Shown here: one piece after another, positions 28,401-42,600 of the stretch | How positions within the stretch are numbered: position 1 is the stretch's first letter | Layout: each line of letters starts with the position of its first letter | Assembly (NCBI GenBank): GCA_002189035.1 | Contig: NEEC01000056.1 | Location: forward strand, 1-42,998 | DNA: 42,998 bases | Source: Utricularia gibba | Taxonomy: Eukaryota; Plantae; Magnoliophyta | Direction of reading: 5' to 3' | The notes under the pieces: model-generated | The model's database searches: none | What the model was told of the DNA's origin: nothing | The model's input: only the letters and a program-made list of their open reading frames with translations | Program-made: the position numbers and the translations under genes

Positions 28401-30272
28401 ATTCTTGATGCACCATTCCCGTATACCATGTCTCTAGTGGCTATTTGATTCTTTTGCCTTGTATGTTGTTCGCATCAATTTCGAGAACATGAAGCACATT
28501 ATTAAATGCATCACCACGGAATGCCACGTGAGACACTTTTCGTTGTGGCTTGTTTTTAATATGTCCACAGTTATCGGACAAACGTAACTCCAAATTATAA
28601 TACTTGGAGCTCGAAAAGGGCTTCCCAACACTATGAAGAGCAAGGATCTGCATGTTATGCAAGAGGTGCTTCGCGGACCAGGATGTGCGACGTAGTCATT
28701 TCATTGCGCATCATCATTCGGGGTGCATCCTAAAAATCACACGTGCACGGGATTCATTAAAAATAAATATTTACGCATATCCAGAGTGTATAACAGTGTT
28801 GGGATAAGTGATGCCACGAAATTCATGATGTAGCATGTGACTTTTTTCCAACTTGATCGCATAGTAGATGAATTCTGACACCATATGTTTTGGCTTTTGA
28901 TTGATGCATTTAGTTGCTATGATACTTCTGATTCTTGATGCACCATTCCCGTATACCATGTCTCTAGTGGCTATTTGATTCTTTTGCCTTGTATGTTGTT
29001 CGCATCAATTTCGAGAACATGAAGCACATTATTAAATGCAGTCACCACGGAATGCCACGTGAGACTTTTCGTTGTGGCTTGTTTTTAATATGTCCACAGT
29101 TATCGGACAAACGTAACTCCAAATTATAATACTTGGAGCTCGAAAAGGGCTTCCCAACACTGTGCTATGAAGAGCAAGGATCTGCATGTTATGCAAGAGG
29201 TGCTTCGCGGACCAGGATGTGCGACGTAGTCATTTCATTGCGCATCATCATTCGGGGTGCATCCTAAAAATCACACGTGCACGGATTCATTAAAAATAAA
29301 TATTTACGCATATCCAGAGTGTATAACAGTGTTGGGATAAGTGATGCCACGAAATTCATGATGTAGCATGTGACTTTTTTCCAACTTGATCGCATAGTAG
29401 ATGAATTCTGACACCATATGTTTTGGCTTTTGATTGATGCATTTAGTTGCTATGATACTTCTGATTCTTGATGCACCATTCCCGTATACCATGTCTCTAG
29501 TGGCTATTTGATTCTTTTGCCTTGTATGTTGTTCGCATCAATTTCGAGAACATGAAGCACATTATTAAATGCAATCACCACGGAATGCCACGTGAGACAC
29601 TTTTCGTTGTGGCTTGTTTTTAATATGTCCACAGTTATCGGACAAACGTAACTCCAAATTATATACTTGGAGCTCGAAAAGGGCTTCCCAACAGTGTGCT
29701 ATGAAGAGCAAGATCTGCATGTTATGCAAGAGGTGCTTCGCGGACCAGGATGTGCGACGTAGTCATTTCATTGCGCATCATCATTCGGGTGCATCCTAAA
29801 AATCACACGTGCACGGATTCATTAAAAATAAATATTTACGCATATCCAGAGTGTATAACAGTGTTGGGATAAGTGATGCCACGAAATTCATGATGTAGCA
29901 TGTGACTTTTTTCCAACTTGATCGCATAGTAGATGAATTCTGACACCATATGTTTTGGCTTTTGATTGATGCATTTAGTTGCTATGATACTTCTGATTCT
30001 TGATGCACCATTCCCGTATACCATGTCTCTAGTGGCTATTTGATTCTTTTGCCTTGTATGTTGTTCGCATCAATTTCGAGAACATGAAGCACATTATTAA
30101 ATGCAGTCACCACGGAATGCCACGTGAGACACTTTTCGTTGTGGCTTGTTTTAATATGTCCACAGTTATCGGACAAACGTAACTCCAAATTATAATACTT
30201 GGAGCTCGAAAAGGGCTTCCCAACACTGTGCTATGAAGAGCAAGGATCTGCATGTTATGCAAGAGGTGCTTC

Positions 30273-30650
30273 ATAGTCATTTCAGGCATGTGCGACGTAT
30301 TCATTTCATTGCGCATCATCCTTCGGGGTGCATCACTAAAAATCACACGGATGCACGGGATTCATTACCAATTGATGCATTTAGTTGCTAATAACCATGT
30401 CTCTATTCTTTTGATTTACGCATGTGCTATGAAGAGCAAGGATCTGCATGTTATGCGAGAGGTGCTTCGCGGACCAGGATGTGCGGCAATTTCATTGCGC
30501 ATCATCATTCGGGGTGCAGCCTAAAAATCACACGTGTTGTTTGGATTCTTGATGCACCATTCCGTAGTGATGTTATCGGACAAACGTAACTCCAAATTAT
30601 AATACTTGGAGCTCGAATAGGGCTTCCCAACAGTGTGCTATGAAGAGCCA
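30273..30650. other. Rearranged or deleted junction between subfamily A and B blocks
   Basis: About three monomers are compressed into 30243-31018 by large internal deletions and garbled joins. The last A alleles are at about 30261-30358 and the first B alleles at 30457, 30519 and 30618. Confidence 0.85.
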
Positions 30651-33600
30651 CGAAATTCATGATGTAGCATGTGACTTTTTTCCAACTTGATCGCATAGTA
30701 GATGAATCTGACACCATATGTTTTGGCTTTTGATTGATGATACATTTAGTTGCTATGATACTTCTGATTCTTGATGCACCATTCCCGTATACCATGTCTC
30801 TAGTGGCTATTTGATTCTTTTGCCTTGTATGTTGTTTCGCATCAATTTCGAGAACATGAAGCACATTATTAAATGCAGTCACCACGGAATGCCACGTGAG
30901 ACACTTTTCGTTGTGGCCACGTTTTTAATATGTCCACAGTTATCGGACAAACGTAACTCCAAATTATAATACTTGGAGCTCGAATAGGGCTTCCCAACAG
31001 TGTGCTATGAAGAGCAAGGATCTGCATGTTATGCGAGAGGTGCTTCGCGGACCAGGATGTGCGACATAGTCATTTCATTGCGCATCATCATTCGGGGTGC
31101 AGCCTAAAAATCACACGTGCACCGGATTCATTAAAAATAAATATTTACGCATATCCAGATTATATAACAGTGTTGGATAAGTGATGCCACGAAATTCATG
31201 ATGTAGCATGTGACTTTTTTCCAACTTGATCGCATAGTAGATGAAGTCTGACACCATATGTTTTGGCTTTTGATTGATGCATTTAGTTGCTATGATACTT
31301 CTGATTCTTGATGCACCATTCCCGTATACCATGTCTCTAGGGCTATTTGATTCTTTGCCTTGTATGTTGTTCGCATCAATTTCGAGAACATGAAGCACAT
31401 TATTAAATGCAGTCACCACGGAATGCCACGTGAGACACTTTTCGTTGTGGCTTGTTTTTAATATGTCCACAGTTATCGGACAAACGTAACTCCAAATTAT
31501 AATACTTGGAGCTCGAATAGGGCTTCCCAACAGTGTGCTATGAAGAGCAAGGATCTGCATGTTATGCGAGAGGTGCTTCGCGGACCAGGATGTGCGACAT
31601 AGTCATTTCATTGCGCATCATCATTCGGGGTGCATCCTAAAAATCACACGTGCACCGGATTCATTAAAAATAAATATTTACGCATATCCAGATTATATAA
31701 CAGTGTTGGGATAAGTGATGCCACGAAATTCATGATGTAGCATGTGACTTTTTTCCAACTTGATCGCATAGTAGATGAAGTCTGACACCATATGTTTTGG
31801 CTTTTGATTGATGCATTTAGTTGCTATGATACTTCTGATTCTTGATGCACCATTCCCGTATACCATGTCTCTAGGGCTTTGATTCTTTTTCCTTGTATGT
31901 TGTTCGCATCAATTTCGAGAACATGAAGCACATTATTAATGCAGTCACCACGGAATGCCACGTGAGACACTTTTCGTTGTGGCTTTTTTTAAATGTCCAC
32001 AGTTATCGGACAAACGTAACTCCAAATTATAATACTTGGAGCTCGAATAGGGCTTCCCAACAGTGTGCTATGAAGAGCAAGGATCTGCATGTTATGCAGA
32101 GGTGCTTCGCGGACCAGGATGTGCGACGTAGTCATTTCATTGCGCATCATCATTCGGGGTGCAGCCTAAAAATCACACGTGCACCGGATTCATTAAAAAT
32201 AAATATTTACGCATATCCAGATTATATAACAGTGTTGGGATAAGTGATGCCACGAAATTCATGATGTAGCATGTGACTTTTTTCCAACTTGATCGCATAG
32301 TAGATGAAGTCTGACACCATATGTTTTGGCTTTTGATTGATGCATTTAGTTGCTATGATACTTCTGATTCTTGATGCACCATTCCCGTATACCATGTCTC
32401 TAGTGGCTATTTGATTCTTTTGACTTGTATGTTGTTCGCATCAATTTCGAGAACAAGAAGCACATTATTAAATGCAGTCACCACGGAATGCCACGTGAGA
32501 CACTTTTCGTTGTGGCCCTTTTTTAATATGTCCACAGTTATCGGACAAACGTAACTCCAAATTATAATACTTGGAGCTCGAATAGGGCTTCCCAACAGTG
32601 TGCTATGAAGAGCAAGGATCTGCATGTTATGCGAGAGGTGCTTCGCGGACCAGGATGTGCGACATAGTCGCTTCATTGCGCATCATCATTCGGGGTGCAG
32701 CCTAAAAATCACACGTGCACCGGATTCATTAAAAATAAATATTTACGCATATCCAGATTATATAACAGTGTTGGGATAAGTGATGCCACGAAATTCATAT
32801 GTAGCATGTGACTTTTTTCCAACTTGATCGCATAGTAGATGAAGTCTGACACCATATGTTTTGGCTTTTGATTGATGCATTTAGTTGCTATGATACTTCT
32901 GATTCTTGATGCACCATTCCCGTATACCATGTCTCTAGTGGCTATTTGATTCTTTTGACTTGTATGTTGTTTCATCAATTTCGAGAACATGAAGCACATT
33001 ATTAAATGCAGTCACCACGGAATGCCACGTGAGACACTTTTCGTTGTGGCTTTTTTTAATATGTCCACAGTTATCGGACAAACGTAACTCCAAATTATAA
33101 TACTTGGAGCTCGAATAGGGCTTCCCAACAGTGTGCTATGAAGAGCAAGGATCTGCATGTTATGCGAGAGGTGCTTCGCGGACCAGGATGTGCGACATAG
33201 TCATTTCATTGCGCATCATCATTCGGGTGCAGCCTAAAAATCACACGTGCACCGGATTCATTAAAAATAAATATTTACGCATATCCAGATTATATAACAG
33301 TGTTGGGATAAGTGATGCCACGAAATTCATGATGTAGCATGTGACTTTTTTCCAACTTGATCGCATAGTAGATGAAGTCTGACACCATATGTTTTGGCTG
33401 TTGATTGATGCATTTAGTTGCTATGATACTTCTGATTCTTGATGCACCATTCCCGTATACCATGTCTCTAGTGGCTATTTGATTCTTTTGACTTGTATGT
33501 TGTTCGCATCAATTTCGAGAACATGAAGCACATTATTAAATGCAGTCACCACGGAATGCCACGTGAGACACTTTTCGTTGTGGCTTGTTTTTAATATGTC

Positions 33601-36600
33601 CACAGTTATCGGACAAACGTAACTCCAAATTATAATACTTGGAGCTCGAATAGGGCTTCCCCAACAGTGTGCTATGAAGAGCAAGGATCTGCATGTTATG
33701 CGAGAGGTGCTTCGCGGACCAGGATGTGCGACATAGTCTTCATTGCGCATCATCATTCGGGTGCAGCCTAAAAATCACACGTGCACCGGATTCATTAAAA
33801 ATAAATATTTACGCATATCCAGATTATATAACAGTGTTGGGATAAGTGATGCCACGAAATTCATGATGTAGCATGTGACTTTTTTCCAACTTGATCGCAT
33901 AGTAGATGAAGTCTGACACCATATGTTTTGGCTTTTGATTGATGCATTTAGTTGCTATGATACTTCTGATTCTTGATGCACCATTCCCGTATACCATGTC
34001 TCTAGGGCTATTTGATTCTTTTGACTTGTATGTTGTTCGCATCAATTTCGAGAACATGAAGCACATTATTAAATGCAGTCACCACGGAATGCCACGTGAG
34101 ACACTTTTCGTTGTGGCTTGTTTTTAATATGTCCACAGTTATCGGACAAACGTAACTCCAAATTATAATACTTGGAGCTCGAATAGGGCTTCCCAACAGT
34201 GTGCTATGAAGAGCAAGGATCTGCATGTTATGCGAGAGGTGCTTCGCGGACCAGGATGTGCGACATAGTCATTTCATTGCGCATCATCATTCGGGGTGCA
34301 GCCTAAAAATCACACGTGCACCGGATTCATTAAAAATAAATATTTACGCATATCCAGATTATTGGATAAGTGATGCCACGAAATTCATGATGTAGCATGT
34401 GACTTTTTTCCAACTTGATCGCATAGTAGATGAAGTCTGACACCATATGTTTTGGCTTTTGATTGATGCATTTAGTTGCTATGATACTTCTGATTCTTGA
34501 TGCACCATTCCCGTATACCATGTCTCTAGGGCTATTTGATTCTTTTTCCTTGTATGTTGTTCGCATCAATTTCGAGAACATGAAGCACATTATTAAAAGC
34601 AGTCACCACGGAATGCCACGTGAGACACTTTTCGTTGTGGCTTTTTAATATGTCCACAGTTATCGGACAAACGTAACTCCAAATTATAATACTTGGAGCT
34701 CGAATAGGGCTTCCCAACAGTGTGCTATGAAGAGCAAGGATCTGCATGTTATGCGAGAGGTGCTTCGCGGACCAGGATGTGCGACATAGTCATTTCATTG
34801 CGCATCATCATTCGGGGTGCAGCCTAAAAATCACACGTGCACCGGATTCATTAAAAATAAATATTTACGCATATCCAGATTATATAACAGTGTTGGGATA
34901 AGTGATGCCACGAAATTCATGATGTAGCATGTGACTTTTTTCCAACTTGATCGCATAGTAGATGAAGTCTGACACCATATGTTTTGGCTTTTGATTGATG
35001 CATTTAGTTGCTATGATACTTCTGATTCTTGATGCACCATTCCCGTATACCATGTCTCTAGTGGCTATTTGATTCTTTTGACTTGTATGTTGTTCGCATC
35101 AATTTCGAGAACATGAAGCACATTATTAAAATGCAGTCACCACGGAATGCCACGTGAGACACTTTTCGTTGTGGCCTTTTTTAATATGTCCACAGTTATC
35201 GGACAAACGTAACTCCAAATTATAATACTTGGAGCTCGAATAGGGCTTCCCAACAGTGTGCTATGAAGAGCAAGGATCTGCATGTTATGCGAGAGGTGCT
35301 TCGCGGACCAGGATGTGCGACATAGTCATTTCATTGCGCATCATCATTCGGGGTGCAGCCTAAAAATCACACGTGCACCGGATTCATTAAAAATAAATAT
35401 TTACGCATATCCAGATTATATAACAGTGTTGGGATAAGTGATGCCACGAAATTCATGATGTAGCATGTGACTTTTTTCCAACTTGATCGCATAGTAGATG
35501 AAGTCTGACACCATATGTTTTGGCTTTTGATTGATGCATTTAGTTGCTATGATACTTCTGATTCTTGATGCACCATTCCCGTATACCATGTCTCTAGTGG
35601 CTATTTGATTCTTTTTCCTTGTATGTTGTTCGCATCAATTTCGAGAACATGAAGCACATTATTAAATGCAGTCACCCGGAATGCCACGTGAGACACTTTT
35701 CGTTGTGGCTTGTTTTTAATATGTCCACAGTTATCGGACAAACGTAACTCCAAATTATAATACTTGGAGCTCGAATAGGGCTTCCCAACAGTGTGCTATG
35801 AAGAGCAAGGATCTGCATGTTATGCGAGAGGTGCTTCGCGGACCAGGATGTGCGACATAGTCATTTCATTGCGCATCATCATTCGGGGTGCAGCCTAAAA
35901 ATCACACGTGCACCGGATTCATTAAAAATAAATATTTACGCATATCCAGATTATAACAGTGTTGGGATAAGTGATGCCACGAAATTCATGATGTAGCATG
36001 TGACTTTTTTCCAACTTGATCGCATAGTAGATGAAGTCTGACACCATATGTTTTGGCTTTGATTGATGCATTTAGTTGCTATGATACTTCTGATTCTTGA
36101 TGCACCATTCCCGTATACCATGTCTCTAGTGGCTATTTGATTCTTTTGACTTGTATGTTGTTCGCATCAATTTCGAGAACATGAAGCACATTATTAAATG
36201 CAGTCACCACGGAATGCCACGTGAGACACTTTTCGTTGTGGCCCTTTTTTAATATGTCCACAGTTATCGGACAAACGTAACTCCAAATTATAATACTTGG
36301 AGCTCGAATAGGGCTTCCCAACAGTGTGCTATGAAGAGCAAGGATCTGCATGTTATGCAAGAGGTGCTTCGCGGACCAGGATGTGCGACATAGTCATTTC
36401 ATTGCGCATCATCATTCGGGGTGCAGCCTAAAAATCACACGTGCACCGGATTCATTAAAAATAAATATTTACGCATATCCAGATTATATAACAGTGTTGG
36501 GATAAGTGATGCCACGAAATTCATGATGTAGCATGTGACTTTTTTCCAACTTGATCGCATAGTAGATGAAGTCTGACACCATATGTTTTGGCTTTTGATT

Positions 36601-39600
36601 GATGCATTTAGTTGCTATGATACTTCTGATTCTTGATGCACCATTCCCGTATACCATGTCTCTAGGCTATTTGATTCTTTTTCCTTGTATGTTGTTCGCA
36701 TCAATTTCGAGAACATGAAGCACATTATTAAATGCAGTCACCACGGAATGCCACGTGAGACACTTTTCGTTGTGGCTTTTTTAATATGTCCACAGTTATC
36801 GGACAAACGTAACTCCAAATTATAATACTTGGAGCTCGAATAGGGCTTCCCAACAGTGTGCTATGAAGAGCAAGGATCTGCATGTTATGCGAGAGGTGCT
36901 TCGCGGACCAGGATGTGCGACATAGTCATTTCATTGCGCATCATCATTCGGGGTGCAGCCTAAAAATGTGCACGGATTCATTAAAAATAAATATTTACGC
37001 ATATCCAGATTATATAACAGTGTTGGGATAAGTGATGCCACGAAATTCATGATGTAGCATGTGACTTTTTTCCAACTTGATCGCATAGTAGATGAAGTCT
37101 GACACCATATGTTTTGGCTTTTGATTGATGCATTTAGTTGCTATGATACTTCTGATTCTTGATGCACCATTCCCGTATACCATGTCTCTAGGGCTATTTG
37201 ATTCTTTTCCTTGTATGTTGTTTCGCATCAATTTCGAGAACATGAAGCACATTATTAAATGCAGTCACCACGGAATGCCACGTGAGACACTTTTCGTTGT
37301 GGCTTTTTTAATATGTCCACAGTTATCGGACAAACGTAACTCCAAATTATAATACTTGGAGCTCGAAAAGGGCTTCCCAACAGTGTGCTATGAAGAGCAA
37401 GGATCTGCATGTTATGCAAGAGGTGCTTCGCGGACCAGGATGTGCGACGTAGTCATTTCATTGCGCATCATCATTCGGGGTGCATCCTAAAAATCACACG
37501 TGCACCGGATTCATTAAAAATAAATATTTACGCATATCCAGATTATATAACAGTGTTGGGATAAGTGATGCCACGAAATTCATGATGTAGCATGTGACTT
37601 TTTTCCAACTTGATCGCATAGTAGATGAAGTCTGACACCATATGTTTTGGCTGTTGATTGATGCATTTAGTTGCTATGATACTTCTGATTCTTGATGCAC
37701 CATTCCCGTATACCATGTCTCTAGTGGCTATTTGATTCTTTTGACTTGTATGTTGTTTCATCAATTTCGAGAACGCACCAGTTACCAGAGCTTTTGGGGG
37801 GTTTGGTAATATGTCCACAGTTATCGGACAAACGTAACTCCAAATTATAATACTTGGAGCTCGAATAGGGCTTCCCAACAGTGTGCTATGAAGAGCAAGG
37901 ATCTGCATGTTATGCGAGAGGTGCTTCGCGGACCAGGATGTGCGGTAGTCATTTCATTGCGCATCATCATTCGGGGTGCAGCCTAAAAATCACACGTGCA
38001 CCGGATTCATTAAAAATAAATATTTACGCATATCCAGATTATATAACAGTGTTGGGATAAGTGATGCCACGAAATTCATGATGTAGCATGTGACTTTTTT
38101 CCAACTTGATCGCATAGTAGATGAAGTCTGACACCATATGTTTTGGCTTTTGATTGATGCATTTAGTTGCTATGATACTTCTGATTCTTGATGCACCATT
38201 CCCGTATACCATGTCTCTAGTGGCTATTTGATTCTTTTGACTTGTATGTTGTTCGCATCAATTTCGAGAACATGAAGCACATTATTAAATGCAGTCACCA
38301 CGGAATGCCACGTGAGACACTTTTCGTTGTGGCTTTTTTTAATATGTCACAGTTATCGGACAAACGTAACTCCAAATTATAATACTTGGAGCTCGAATAG
38401 GGCTTCCCAACAGTGCTATGAAGAGCAAGGATCTGCATGTTATGCGAGAGGTGCTTCGCGGACCAGGATGTGCGACATAGTCTTCATTGCGCATCATCAT
38501 TCGGGTGCAGCCTAAAAATCACACGTGCACCGGATTCATTAAAAATAAATATTTACGCATATCCAGATTATATAACAGTGTTGGGATAAGTGATGCCACG
38601 AAATTCATTATGTAGCATGTGACTTTTTTCCAACTTGATCGCATAGTAGATGAAGTCTGACACCATATGTTTTGGCTTTTGATTGATGCATTTAGTTGCT
38701 ATGATACTTCTGATTCTTGATGCACCATTCCCGTATACCATGTCTCTAGTGGCTATTTGATTCTTTTCCTTGTATGTTGTTCGCATCAATTTCGAGAACA
38801 TGAAGCACATTATTAAATGCAGTCACCACGGAATGCCACGTGAGACACTTTTCGTTGTGGCCCTTTTTTAATATGTCCACAGTTATCGGACAAACGTAAC
38901 TCCAAATTATAATACTTGGAGCTCGAATAGGGCTTCCCAACAGTGTGCTATGAAGAGCAAGGATCTGCATGTTATGCGAGAGGTGCTTCGCGGACCAGGA
39001 TGTGCGACATAGTCATTTCATTGCGCATCATCATTCGGGGTGCAGCCTAAAAATCACACGTGCACCGGATTCATTAAAAATAAATATTTACGCATATCCA
39101 GATTATATAACAGTGTTGGATAAGTGATGCCACGAAATTCATGATGTAGCATGTGACTTTTTTCCAACTTGATCGCATAGTAGATGAATTCTGACACCAT
39201 ATGTTTTGGCTTTGATTGATGCATTTAGTTGCTATGATACTTCTGATTCTTGATGCACCATTCCCGTATACCATGTCTCTAGTGGCTATTTGATTCTTTT
39301 GACTTGTATGTTTTCCATCAATTTCGAGAACAAGAAGCACATTATTAAATGCAGTCACCACGGAATGCCACGTGAGACACTTTTCGTTGTGGCCCTTTTT
39401 TAATATGTCCACAGTTATCGGACAAACGTAACTCCAAATTATAATACTTGGAGCTCGAATAGGGCTTCCCAACAGTGTGCTATGAAGAGCAAGGATCTAC
39501 ATGTTATGCGAGAGGTGCTTCGCGGACCAGGATGTGCGGCATAGTCGCTTCATTGCGCATCATCATTCGGGGTGCAGCCTAAAAATCACACGTGCACCGG

Positions 39601-42600
39601 ATTCATTAAAAATAAATATTTACGCATATCCAGATTATATAACAGTGTTGGGATAAGTGATGCCACGAAATTCATGATGTAGCATGTGACTTTTTCCAAC
39701 TTTGATCGCATAGTAGATGAAGTCTGACACCATATGTTTTGGCTTTTGATTGATGCATTTAGTTGCTATGATACTTCTGATTCTTGATGCACCATTCCCG
39801 TATACCATGTCTCTAGGGCTATTTGATTCTTTTTCCTTGTATGTTGTTCGCATCAATTTCGAGAACATGAAGCACATTATTAAAAGCAGTCACCACGGAA
39901 TGCCACGTGAGACACTTTTCGTGGCTTGTTTTTAATATGTCCACAGTTATCGGACAAACGTAACTCCAAATTATAATACTTGGAGCTCGAATAGGGCTTC
40001 CCAACAGTGTGCTATGAAGAGCAAGGATCTGCATGTTATGCGAGAGGTGCTTCGCGGACCAGGATGTGCGACATAGTCATTTCATTGCGCATCATCATTC
40101 GGGGTGCAGCCTAAAAATCACACGTGCACCGGATTCATTAAAAATAAATATTTACGCATATCCAGATTATATAACAGTGTTGGGATAAGTGATGCCACGA
40201 AATTCATGATGTAGCATGTGACTTTTTTCCAACTTGATCGCATAGTAGATGAAGTCTGACACCATATGTTTTGGCTTTTGATTGATGCATTTAGTTGCTA
40301 TGATACTTCTGATTCTTGATGCACCATTCCCGTATACCATGTCTCTAGTGGCTATTTGATTCTTTTGACTTGTATGTTGTTCGCATCAATTTCGAGAACA
40401 TGAAGCACATTATTAAATGCAGTCACCACGGAATGCCACGTGAGACACTTTTCGTTGTGGCCCTTTTTTAATATGTCCACAGTTATCGGACAAACGTAAC
40501 TCCAAATTATAATACTTGGAGCTCGAATAGGGCTTCCCAACAGTGTGCTATGAAGAGCAAGGATCTGCATGTTATGCGAGAGGTGCTTCGCGGACCAGGA
40601 TGTGCGACATAGTCGCTTCATTGCGCATCATCATTCGGGTGCAGCCTAAAAATCACACGTGCACCGGATTCATTAAAAAATAAATATTTACGCATATCCA
40701 GATTATATAACAGTGTTGGGATAAGTGATGCCACGAAATTCATGATGTAGCATGTGACTTTTTTCCAACTTGATCGCATAGTAGATGAAGTCTGACACCA
40801 TATGTTTTGGCTTTTGATTGATGCATTTAGTTGCTATGATACTTCTGATTCTTGATGCACCATTCCCGTATACCATGTCTCTAGGGCTATTTGATTCTTT
40901 TCCTTGTATGTTGTTCGCATCAATTTCGAGAACATGAAGCACATTATTAAATGCAGTCACCACGGAATGCCACGTGAGACACTTTTCGTTGTGGCTTTTT
41001 TAATATGTCCACAGTTATCGGACAAACGTAACTCCAAATTATAATACTTGGAGCTCGAATAGGGCTTCCCAACAGTGTGCTATGAAGAGCAAGGATCTGC
41101 ATGTTATGCGAGAGGTGCTTCGCGGACCAGGATGTGCGACATAGTCATTTCATTGCGCATCATCATTCGGGGTGCAGCCTAAAAATCACACGTGCACCGG
41201 ATTCATTAAAAATAAATATTTACGCATATCCAGATTATATAACAGTGTTGGATAAGTGATGCCACGAAATTCATGATGTAGCATGTGACTTTTTTTTCCA
41301 ACTTGATCGCATAGTAGATGAAGTCTGACACCATATGTTTTGGCTTTTGATTGATGCATTTAGTTGCTATGATACTTCTGATTCTTGATGCACCATTCCC
41401 GTATACCATGTCTCTAGTGGCTATTTGATTCTTTTGACTTGTATGTTGTTTCCATCAATTTCGAGAACATGAAGCACATTATTAAATGCAGTCACCACGG
41501 AATGCCACGTGAGACACTTTTCGTTGTGGCCCTTTTTAATATGTCCACAGTTATCGGACAAACGTAACTCCAAATTATAATACTTGGAGCTCGAATAGGG
41601 CTTCCCAACAGTGTGCTATGAAGAGCAAGGATCTGCATGTTATGCGAGAGGTGCTTCGCGGACCAGGATGTGCGACATAGTCATTTCATTGCGCATCATC
41701 ATTCGGGTGCAGCCTAAAAATCACACGTGCACCGGATTCATTAAAAATAAATATTTACGCATATCCAGATTATATAACAGTGTTGGGATAAGTGATGCCA
41801 CGAAATTCATGATGTAGCATGTGACTTTTTTCCAACTTGATCGCATAGTAGATGAAGTCTGACACCATATGTTTTGGCTTTTGATTGATGCATTTAGTTG
41901 CTATGATACTTCTGATTCTTGATGCACCATTCCCGTATACCATGTCTCTAGTGGCTATTTGATTCTTTTTCTTGTATGTTGTTTCCATCAATTTCGAGAA
42001 CAAGAAGCACATTATTAAATGCAGTCACCACGGAATGCCACGTGAGACACTTTTCGTTGTGGCTTTTTTTAATATGTCCACAGTTATCGGACAAACGTAA
42101 CTCCAAATTATAATACTTGGAGCTCGAATAGGGCTTCCCAACAGTGTGCTATGAAGAGCAAGGATCTGCATGTTATGCGAGAGGTGCTTCGCGGACCAGG
42201 ATGTGCGCATAGTCATTTCATTGCGCATCATCATTCGGGGTGCAGCCTAAAAATCACACGTGCACCGGATTCATTAAAAATAAATATTTACGCATATCCA
42301 GATTATATAACAGTGTTGGGATAAGTGATGCCACGAAATTCATGATGTAGCATGTGACTTTTTTCCAACTTGATCGCATAGTAGATGAAGTCTGACACCA
42401 TATGTTTTGGCTTTTGATTGATGCATTTAGTTGCTATGATACTTCTGATTCTTGATGCACCATTCCCGTATACCATGTCTCTAGTGGCTATTTGATTCTT
42501 TTCCTTGTATGTTGTTCATCAATTTCGAGAACATGAAGCACATTATTAAAGCAGTCACCACGGAATGCCACGTGAGACACTTTTCGTTGTGGCCCTTTTT

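Larger units (their letters stand above)
3272..30272. repeat. Subfamily A block, about 50 monomers, highly homogeneous
   Basis: All copies carry GCAAGAG, GACGTAG, GCATCC, CACGG(G), CCAGAGTGTAT, GAATTC and CGAAAAGGG wherever the site is present. Boundaries are approximate. Confidence 0.92.

Noticed and set aside
37775-37806. Apparent foreign insert GCACCAGTTACCAGAGCTTTTGGGGGGTTTGG
   Set aside because: It aligns as a gapped, garbled version of the consensus segment it replaces, so it is probably a basecalling error.
620-41300. Recurrent 1-bp indels (CACGGG>CACGG, GGCTTTT>GGCTTT, CGGGG>CGGG) as lineage markers
   Set aside because: All fall in homopolymers and are scattered, which is typical long-read error.
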